The translations under genes and the position numbers were made by a program. DNA of 64,000 nt from an uncultured Clostridia bacterium (GTDB taxonomy: Bacteria > Bacillota > Clostridia > Christensenellales > Borkfalkiaceae): contig CAZDAG010000007.1 of the NCBI GenBank assembly GCA_964503655.1, positions 7,713 to 71,712 of the forward strand, read 5' to 3'. Shown here piece after piece: positions 53,401 to 60,490 of this stretch; position 1 is the stretch's first letter; each line of letters opens with the position of its first letter. The notes beneath the pieces were generated by a model. That model was not told the DNA's origin. It saw only the letters and a program-made list of their open reading frames with translations, and made no database searches.

Positions 53401-54652
53401 ATCCTTTGACCTCATCTCCTCTATCATTTTTTATAAAATCAAACATGCTTCTTTGATTAGAATCAAACGCAGATGATATATGCTTTAATATTAAAGCCGC
53501 ATAAGGATGAATAGGAATAATACCCTTCAATTCTTTTTCCCCTATGCCTGCTCTCTTCATAACCGCATTTCTTGCCTCATGCGTTTCATCATAAAGAGTA
53601 CATGTTATATCTTCATTCCATTCCCGCATTAAAGCAGTATCTGAAGTATTTTTCTCCATGGCGTGCCCCATAAGAGTAAACGCCATATTCTCAGGAAGCT
53701 CTATTGTACAAAGAGGCTTTACAAATCTATCGAAAATTTTGTTCTTATCCTTATCGACCTCACCAAAAAATGCTTCGGATTTATGAGTAACAATAAGCAT
53801 ATAAAATGGATAATTTTCACTAATCTCTACAATTTCTTGAAAGCCTGTTAAGTTCTTTTTGTTATTATCGAAGAAATCAGAAAATTCATCCCATATAAAA
53901 ATTATTGCCTTAAAATTGTTTCTTTTAATTATGTCAATTATCCAATCCTTCAAATTACCCGTGGTCAATGAAAGCATTTTTATTTGCATTTCGTCAGCGA
54001 CATAAGTAATTTTATTTATTAACTCAAGGACTGCTTCTTCACTTTTATAATTCTTTAAATTATTAAGAACAATATCTGCTGTTTCCCCATTAAATTTCGC
54101 CCTATAGGGTCCAACTATTAAACTGTTAAAATATTGAGAATTATGAGGAATCGATAACCAATCTATAATTGCTTGTTTTAATCCAAGCTTACCCTGATCA
54201 TAGCAATTTTCTTTTAATGCCGCCAAAATGCTTTCTTGTATCGCAAAAGTAAGGTTATTATCATTTTTTATTGAAGAAGATCCATATCTATGTACCGTAA
54301 GAATTTTTTCCGGTTGGCTTTTAATCTGAATAAATGTATTGTACAAATCATTAGTTAAAGCATCATATTTATCGAAATACTCCTTTGTTTCCTCAGCATT
54401 GGCATCTATTAATTTTTTAAGAGTTAGAACCGCATGCGATTTACCCGTACCGTACGCCCCTTCAACCCAAATTGATAACTTTTGCTGACGAGTTAAAACG
54501 CTTATAGTTTGCTTTAAAAGTCGAACAAAAGATTCATGAGGATAATAGCTTTTCCAAACGTCCGGATCATTTTTAATAGTGTCAAGGTTAATTGCAGGTT
54601 TAAAGCTTGGATCAATCCTGAAATAATTTTTATATTTTATAGATTCAGCCAT
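50453..54652 (-). CDS. brxC: BrxC/PglY-like large P-loop ATPase
   Basis: 1399 aa with N-terminal Walker A VEGAYGTGKSHAV and Walker B AIIFIWDEFSDF. Its size and position match BrxC. Confidence 0.7.
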   Translation of the reverse strand: MAESIKYKNYFRIDPSFKPAINLDTIKNDPDVWKSYYPHESFVRLLKQTISVLTRQQKLSIWVEGAYGTGKSHAVLTLKKLIDANAEETKEYFDKYDALTNDLYNTFIQIKSQPEKILTVHRYGSSSIKNDNNLTFAIQESILAALKENCYDQGKLGLKQAIIDWLSIPHNSQYFNSLIVGPYRAKFNGETADIVLNNLKNYKSEEAVLELINKITYVADEMQIKMLSLTTGNLKDWIIDIIKRNNFKAIIFIWDEFSDFFDNNKKNLTGFQEIVEISENYPFYMLIVTHKSEAFFGEVDKDKNKIFDRFVKPLCTIELPENMAFTLMGHAMEKNTSDTALMREWNEDITCTLYDETHEARNAVMKRAGIGEKELKGIIPIHPYAALILKHISSAFDSNQRSMFDFIKNDRGDEVKGFQWFINNVGPYDNNPLLTVDMLWDFFYEKGKEQLSPQVRTILDSYGRAESYNLNRGEKVVLKTILLLQAISEKVNDKVELFIPNEKNLKLAMEGGEYFASCLSHATSLEREKIIFRRTLGGDQFKYSAYVSEANHEEINKLKEKFKLTLTSKLIEESGMADEFDLPKYLDIRYLAKYVGLDNLKTVTNAIKNDSISHPTRLYAVFLYAKDESEETKINEELTKYASDENNSNIIFIDYSINPLGLDAFAQYVDGMANAEYQSTKDRNQARQYVMNAQEPLKRWKAKLRISQCNVVYYGNLNGSRCNTLGELFAVLKEINRRHFEYSLETHYTVLDTMYAQNNLRLGAACGICQECKQTYRSPNENTKLENQLKDAWLIEEYWLKSPNLIISKIKIKVDEVINESFAKNKRVSITRIYEALKDAPYGFMPCNLVAFILGFVLKEYANEVYNWSDELNTEPMTSEKLATMIEGVIKNVQTPNPKYKEMYIETLSDEQRKFNAGTAVAFGLDEKLCSSIENTRNRIRNNMISYKFPIWTIKYILDGENMRCSSEVISNAIDSYVALANNGQVNISETDIALAIGKLFIDNEQLPIDLKNLLNAENCVKGMKAYLKLYEDGKLVYLANQIGDSGNYISALSNKFDANASNWVWNKDTVDSKISETIIEYEITFESNKVLTKTCSFIETIREWAIRCENIRVAYLSAKNYIGDLSEFLEILYQIKKNGYIYDNSKQAFLELLKNKLEDFKYFYENQVEVLKKIGAFYFAGLTNEDIIEISKSLYGVFTKENSEFISLLDEKVKEYKSSLNKYKLSALWKEKTGTETPLEWSRIYLMPVACMFDETEEMQARLACTLINSQVGEEVKINDAIKFLETSKCVSNLRDERYREEAFKSRFLKSYAVILTDISQVKTELKNRLSEEPYDWLNSTGVELLLKDMAFNKYNNGGSKVADEIVDAMSPQDLKEYIKKLIKENMAVGIEIIKTKK

Positions 54653-54670
54653 TTTTCTTCTCCTTTGTTG

Positions 54671-57028
54671 TTAAAATAATTTAAGCACATCAGCAGATGT
54701 TTTATCTTGTTTTAAGTTAATATTATCAAGATCAAGAGTAAACGCTACTGAGATAAACTCTGGATAATTAATTGCAAGTCCGTTTAAAACTTTTTCCATT
54801 ATATCTCTGTCTAGACCAAATATTTCTGAAGGGCTGATTCCATCACTCTCAATATTGTAATTTAATAACCTTGAAAGGGTAAACTGATAATAATTTTCAC
54901 AACTTTCTGCAAATTTGTATAATGAGTAAAGAATTACTAATGGATCTGGATCCACCCAATTATATCTTGTTATACTATATAATTTTCTTTTACCACTTTT
55001 CACTTCATAATCACAAACTCCCAACCCTATACCTTCGCTTAATGGCTTATTAGAAATAAATATGTTTTTATATGCACTAGCTACATGATCTTTTGTATTT
55101 TGAGTCAGATTCTCATCCAACATTCCAATAATATGATCTGTAGTTATTGGTTGGTTTAAAGAAATGTTTTTAATCCACCAATTAAATTCTGGTGTATAAG
55201 CTAGATTACTAAGCATTAATCCCCATCCAGTAATAGAATCTGCTCCCATTGCCGCGACCACTTCACCAAATGAAGTTATCGCTTTTCTTTCGGCAATGCC
55301 CGCATCTTTTAGAAAATTCTTTAAAACATCAATCTTTTTGCTACCCAGATTATTGTCATCCCAAAAATTATTTTTCTTGTCAAAATACTCTTTTATCCAT
55401 TCATATTCTATACCGAAATTAGTATATCTATCTATACTTCCCATTTTCCTTTCTCCTTTTGGTAATTTTAACGAATTAGCCATTAAGCATCCGTAATCTA
55501 TATCATAACATTTTTTACATCTAACACATCTATCATCAATATGTAATTTTCCGTCAGTAAATGATATATAACCGTTAGGACAATTTGCTTCACATACACG
55601 ACATGCGACGCAATATGTGGTCTTCCTTAATACAATTTTAAGATAAGCACCAAAATATATATCGTCTTTTGTATTTGATTTAAGATCAACTGAAAAAGTA
55701 GTTACTCCTTCATTGTCGCTAATATGAATACAATAAATTTTATTGCGGAATTCAACATTAGCCTGTCCATCAGAGATACTAACTTTCCCTAAAGTTTTGA
55801 TCCATTCTTTCCAATCCGTATTATGTTGTTTAATTGAAATTGTTAATATCCCATTATCTTTATTATCAGAATATATATCTCTAGCAATGTTTAACTCTCG
55901 TCCACTTCTTCTTGCTTTCCACCCACCTATTTGCATAAATTCATCAACGGCTTGAGTGGATGACAAATTTTTTGATGTTGTATCTAAGATAATTTTATTA
56001 AAAATAGCTGTAGATTTAGCTTTCCCATTGCTTTCATGATAACAAACATCTTTAATATAAGAATTTTTCTGCCCAGCCAAAGGACAAATTAAACATCCAG
56101 CTCGACTATTGCCCTTTTTATAGGCTTGATTCAATATTAAATTATTGGTGTAGATATATAAAAACAACTCTGCCGTATTCCAATCTAAGATAGGATGACA
56201 ACTATACTGTCCTTTTACTTTATCTCCATTACTTACTTCAGAATACTCACCCCGTGCGTCACTTTCATCTGCTCTCACACCAGTAAATGCCATTCCACGG
56301 AACTTATCGTTTTTTAAAACTTTTCGTAGAAGCAGTATTTGGGGCGTAGATTTATGTACGCTACAACACCATCTCATTCTTTGTGCTGGAGGGCCAAATA
56401 ACTTCCATGATTCTACAGGATCAAAATGCGATTTAGCTATTAAAAACTCTATGCCTTGATTTTTGCACTGTTGCGCCACCAAATCAACGGTCTCATATGT
56501 ATCAGAAAACTCCATCCCCGTGTCTCCAAAAAGCACTTTGAAAGAGTTATGCGGTAATGCTTTCTGCACAATGTCAAGAGCTACAATTGAGTCTTTCCCT
56601 CCACTAAAAGCAACATAAAATACATCTACTTTGTTTTTATATTCAACATAAGTATTGTAAAGTCGCTTTATAGTAAATTGACCCAAAGCATCTAACAAAT
56701 CCTTATTTTTCTCAACCATTAATGCAATATTAACAGGCTCAAGCTTCTCCCCTTGAGACACAGGGTTATCAAGTATAACCAGTTCTGGAGCCGTACACAT
56801 TGTACCGCCTTTTGTTCGAGCAACTAGCTTTCCTCGATAAAAATAATTATTCCCTTCTGCCCACATATATGGAAACTCATCATTCTTATCGTACATCCAA
56901 TATTTATTGAACCCTAAAATATCGAGTTCATGCGAATAAACAGGCCTGGGCTCTTTACTGATCCCTGTAAGAATATCACTTCCTAAAAGTATTCCACCTG
57001 TCTCTTCATCCCAATTATAAGAATACAT
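54671..57028 (-). CDS. brxP: BrxP-like PAPS-reductase/DndC-like PP-loop ATP pyrophosphatase with a ferredoxin-type Cys cluster region
   Basis: 785 aa with the PP-loop VAFSGGKDSIV, then RWCCSVHK, GVRADES and CLICP. Next come CVACRVCEANCP and CVRCKKCYDIDYGC (4Fe-4S-like), followed by a roughly 240-aa C-terminal domain. Confidence 0.7.
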   Translation of the reverse strand: MYSYNWDEETGGILLGSDILTGISKEPRPVYSHELDILGFNKYWMYDKNDEFPYMWAEGNNYFYRGKLVARTKGGTMCTAPELVILDNPVSQGEKLEPVNIALMVEKNKDLLDALGQFTIKRLYNTYVEYKNKVDVFYVAFSGGKDSIVALDIVQKALPHNSFKVLFGDTGMEFSDTYETVDLVAQQCKNQGIEFLIAKSHFDPVESWKLFGPPAQRMRWCCSVHKSTPQILLLRKVLKNDKFRGMAFTGVRADESDARGEYSEVSNGDKVKGQYSCHPILDWNTAELFLYIYTNNLILNQAYKKGNSRAGCLICPLAGQKNSYIKDVCYHESNGKAKSTAIFNKIILDTTSKNLSSTQAVDEFMQIGGWKARRSGRELNIARDIYSDNKDNGILTISIKQHNTDWKEWIKTLGKVSISDGQANVEFRNKIYCIHISDNEGVTTFSVDLKSNTKDDIYFGAYLKIVLRKTTYCVACRVCEANCPNGYISFTDGKLHIDDRCVRCKKCYDIDYGCLMANSLKLPKGERKMGSIDRYTNFGIEYEWIKEYFDKKNNFWDDNNLGSKKIDVLKNFLKDAGIAERKAITSFGEVVAAMGADSITGWGLMLSNLAYTPEFNWWIKNISLNQPITTDHIIGMLDENLTQNTKDHVASAYKNIFISNKPLSEGIGLGVCDYEVKSGKRKLYSITRYNWVDPDPLVILYSLYKFAESCENYYQFTLSRLLNYNIESDGISPSEIFGLDRDIMEKVLNGLAINYPEFISVAFTLDLDNINLKQDKTSADVLKLF

Positions 57029-57046
57029 ATAATTACTTCCCGATTA

Positions 57047-59608
57047 TTATCTTTTTGCCTTCGCAATTATTAATTCGATATCTTTCGCTCTCCGCACAGT
57101 AATGTACCTATGTTCTCTTAAAAAGTTAAAGGCTTCGTTTACTGTCATTATTTCACCATTGATTTTATTATCTTTTAAAACCTTTATTAATAAATCCTCC
57201 CACGTTTTTATGGATGATGCTTTTCGAACTATAGCTCCAGTTGGGAATGACTGGTTAAATGATTTATGAAGTAGAGCGAATTTTTTACTAAACGAATAGA
57301 CATAGCTTTCCAGCAAATATTCATTCCAGGGATAATCCATTGTGGGAAAATCCGTATAATAAATTACATTTTCAAAAGGCAAATAATCATCATTGAAGAA
57401 TCGTTCGAGAGCTTCATCAATTTTATCAGAATCAAATTGAATTTTATCCTGTCTTACATATTGCGTCTCATTAACTCTTATTGCATTATTAAAAACCACG
57501 TCAAAATAAACATTTGCATTTATTTTTGCTTTGAATGCGTTTAATTCATCAAATGAAAAGCTCTCTCTTCCCAAGCAAAACTTTTCATATAATTCCGATA
57601 CGTCTACTTTTTGTCCATCAAGACTAATTATATCTCCTCTAAAATCAAATTCATCTTCAAGCTGTAATCTTAAAAAGCCTCTAAACCCCAAATCCGTTAT
57701 ATCTGGATTTGTCTCGCACATCTCAGACAAATATTCGCAGATATACGCATATAATTCTGATCCGGATGATGCACCAGCTTCACCTATTCGCGCATATAGA
57801 AATTCTTTAATACTATCAATTTGTTCTTCCGTATAAACAAATATCTCTTTATAAAAATAAGACTTTCCTTTATAATTTACTATAAAGTCCCTATCTCTTA
57901 AAATCGCATTTATTTGTTCTTTTTCAATATTAGGTAATTTTGCATATATCTCATCGTATGTTAATGGCTTTCCCGCATTTAAAAATACATTAATAATCTC
58001 TTTCTTTAAATCCACTTGAACATTTCTATATAAAGATACATATTCATCCCCACAATAAAATCCCGAGTAATTAATAAATTTTAAATAGGATTTCAACATG
58101 CTCCAATTGTATATGTAACTTAATAGAAACTCTTTAAACTGTTCATATAAGGTTGAATAGTATATTACTTGTGTATCTTCATGTAACGTTCTTATTATAT
58201 ACGAAACGATTATATTTTTACTGTCATCCGCAAGGATATTGGATGCATAAATTACATTTTCATAATTAAATCCGATTTTATATAACAAATCCTCAAACTC
58301 TTTTGTCCCTAAATCAAGTGATTTCCCGAATGTTTCTTCATACTTACTATAAAAACGCTTCCTAGCCAATATATTGCCTAGCTTAAATCCATTAATAAAT
58401 TCTGCTTCAAGTATTTTACTGCACTCATAGCAAACATCATCGTATGATGCTTTGTCTTGTTTTGCAATTTCAACGGTTCCGTTTAGTTTCACATCTTCTG
58501 GATGCTCTTTAAAATAATTATTTGATTCATCCACTGCGATATAAAAATCAGATAATGAGCTGTCCTTAAAAGGCTTAACATATCTCTTATCCTCTAATTT
58601 AAGCTTTGAAAAATAAATTCTCCCTTGCTTATCTACATAAAATCTTAATCTCTCCCCATTAAGTTTAGCCCCTATAATTGTTGCTCGCACATCTAAAATA
58701 ATGGATGGACATGTCTTTTTTTGATATTCATACAAATCAATAAATTTATCTACTATATCAATCTCACCATCAAAAAAATGTGAAACCATCTCTTTTTCTT
58801 TATAACGATCCAATCCATTTGGAGAAGAAACTGAGTCGTCCTGTCGAGCACTTCCTTGCATTGCTGGAATAATGGCTACCGTTTCCTGCGATGCAGGAAT
58901 TGTATGAGTATCCCTTGTCTTTACAGCTTCTTCAAATACCGTTTTATCCTCTAAAAGAATATTGGAAGCAATATTTACTTTTAGAAAATCAGAATACAAT
59001 TTTCCAATGTTTTCAAAGTTTTTAAATAAATGTGGATGTGAAAACTTAAAAATTTTTTTCGCAGAAAGAGCCACCCGAATCCTATTAAATTCTTTGTAAT
59101 CAATTATCTTCCAAAATACCGTCTTTGATATTTTATGAGCAACCGCATAATCTGAAACGCGAGATAGGCAATCCACATATACACTTGGTGTATTTTTACA
59201 AGACTCCCGCGTAGCAAGCCACTCTATAAATTTTTGCTTAGTATCTTCCAGCACCATAGTATTTTCCAACTTACTAGCTAAACGGTAAGCCTCTTTTAAT
59301 ATTTTAACATACTCATCTCTATTAGATTTGTATATATCCACCATTTGTACAAACAGTGAGGATGGGCCTCTGGTTTCAAATTCTTCTTTTTCAAAAGCAG
59401 ACTTAATAAAACCATATTGCCACCGCATACCATTCATATTTCGATACACATCATCAATCCGCTCACCGGCTGATACCGCCATATTACGAAGTGATTCTGA
59501 TAACATAACAAGCTCATCATCCAGATCGCAGTCCTTTTCTTTAACATTAATATAGCACTCTATCAAAAGTGCCACCTCATATTTATTCCAAGTTTTCTGA
59601 TGTGCCAT
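57047..59608 (-). CDS. 853-aa orphan protein, second gene of the BREX-like operon
   Basis: A long uninterrupted ORF with no P-loop, helicase, methylase or nuclease motif seen. The N-terminus (TWNKYEVALLIECY) is vaguely SANT/Myb-like. Confidence 0.6.
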   Translation of the reverse strand: MAHQKTWNKYEVALLIECYINVKEKDCDLDDELVMLSESLRNMAVSAGERIDDVYRNMNGMRWQYGFIKSAFEKEEFETRGPSSLFVQMVDIYKSNRDEYVKILKEAYRLASKLENTMVLEDTKQKFIEWLATRESCKNTPSVYVDCLSRVSDYAVAHKISKTVFWKIIDYKEFNRIRVALSAKKIFKFSHPHLFKNFENIGKLYSDFLKVNIASNILLEDKTVFEEAVKTRDTHTIPASQETVAIIPAMQGSARQDDSVSSPNGLDRYKEKEMVSHFFDGEIDIVDKFIDLYEYQKKTCPSIILDVRATIIGAKLNGERLRFYVDKQGRIYFSKLKLEDKRYVKPFKDSSLSDFYIAVDESNNYFKEHPEDVKLNGTVEIAKQDKASYDDVCYECSKILEAEFINGFKLGNILARKRFYSKYEETFGKSLDLGTKEFEDLLYKIGFNYENVIYASNILADDSKNIIVSYIIRTLHEDTQVIYYSTLYEQFKEFLLSYIYNWSMLKSYLKFINYSGFYCGDEYVSLYRNVQVDLKKEIINVFLNAGKPLTYDEIYAKLPNIEKEQINAILRDRDFIVNYKGKSYFYKEIFVYTEEQIDSIKEFLYARIGEAGASSGSELYAYICEYLSEMCETNPDITDLGFRGFLRLQLEDEFDFRGDIISLDGQKVDVSELYEKFCLGRESFSFDELNAFKAKINANVYFDVVFNNAIRVNETQYVRQDKIQFDSDKIDEALERFFNDDYLPFENVIYYTDFPTMDYPWNEYLLESYVYSFSKKFALLHKSFNQSFPTGAIVRKASSIKTWEDLLIKVLKDNKINGEIMTVNEAFNFLREHRYITVRRAKDIELIIAKAKR

Positions 59609-59804
59609 GAGTAATTTCCATTATATCATCTATTTCGCACTGCAAAGCACTACAGATTTTTACAAGAGTATCTGTAGTAACACTCTTCCCACTATTGAGT
59701 TTGTTAAGAGTATAATTGCTTATGCCCGCCATTGCGATAAGATCCTTTTTCTTCAGATCTTTATCAATTAATAACTTCCATAGCTTCTTATAAGAAACGC
59801 GCAT
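59583..59804 (-). CDS. XRE family HTH regulator heading the BREX-like operon
   Basis: 73 aa with DLIAMAGISNYTLNKLNSGKSVTTDTL. Its 3' end overlaps the next gene by 26 nt. Confidence 0.75.
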   Translation of the reverse strand: MRVSYKKLWKLLIDKDLKKKDLIAMAGISNYTLNKLNSGKSVTTDTLVKICSALQCEIDDIMEITHGTSENLE

Positions 59805-59838
59805 CGAGCTTACCTCATACCTAAAAAATAGCTATGTT

Positions 59839-59867
59839 ATTATAGCATATATCGCTTGCAAAAACAA
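59839..59867 (-). promoter_or_regulatory. candidate promoter of the BREX-like operon
   Basis: Minus strand TTGTTT, 17 nt, TGCTATAAT (extended -10). The short palindrome GCTAT-N6-ATAGC overlaps the -10. Confidence 0.4.
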
Positions 59868-60332
59868 CAAAAAAGTGAGCATATTTGAACTTTTTCGTCC
59901 CCTTTCGACACCCACTACTATCTCTTAAACTTCATACAGAAATTGATTCCGAAATACACCCCCGAAAGAAAAACTCACCTACTCCGTTTTAAACAGAATT
60001 TAGCTCCGCCATTCATTTATAATTCACAATCCATGCCTCTTTTTTGGGTACACTCCCAATTTCCACAATGCCTTAGTTGCTGATTTTTGGGGTTGCTCCC
60101 AAATTGGCATTGAATGACGGACAAAAGCGGGTTGTACTTCTCTTTTGTCCGTCAGTCAAATTTTGTAAAGTTAAACTTGCAAAATTAAGGTAAAAAATGC
60201 CCCCAAACGACATAAAATCATTTGGGAGTAATATGGGAGTTAAAAATTGAAAGTCATCGAAATCAGCAGATATTGTGGTATTTTTTGTTTGCTAACCACT
60301 ATATATTGTGGTTGAAAAATTTGTTCCTAAGC

Positions 60333-60373
60333 CTCTGACTTCGTCATTCGTTAGCACAAATCCTGCTATCCCT
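60333..60373 (+). repeat. degenerate copy of the tRNA-Gln 3' part (outer att of island 2)
   Basis: CTCTGACTTCGTCATTCGTTAGCACAAATCCTGCTATCCCT matches roughly 34 of 41 positions of the tRNA 3' segment by eye. Confidence 0.65.
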
Positions 60374-60427
60374 AATCAACGCGATACAAAAGCGGTGCGG
60401 ACATTTGGTCCGCGCCGCCTTTTTTAA

Positions 60428-60477
60428 GTTTGATTAGCGGTTAGCAAGTTTACTGAAAACGCATTTAAGATACGCCG
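60428..60477 (-). repeat. conserved 3'-UTR element, copy C
   Basis: Transcript sense CGGCGTATCTTAAATGCGTTTTCAGTAAACTTGCTAACCGCTAATCAAAC, between the stop (60491) and a terminator hairpin (about 60388..60420). Confidence 0.6.
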
Positions 60478-60490
60478 CAGGCATTGCCTG

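Larger units (their letters stand above)
41372..60373. mobile_element. genomic island 2: integrative mobilizable element carrying the BREX-like operon
   Basis: The att repeat is at the left and a degenerate copy at 60333..60373. The integrase and MobV relaxase sit at the left end. TTGGGAG arm-type repeats and CACTATATATTGT terminal repeats occur at both ends. Confidence 0.8.
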
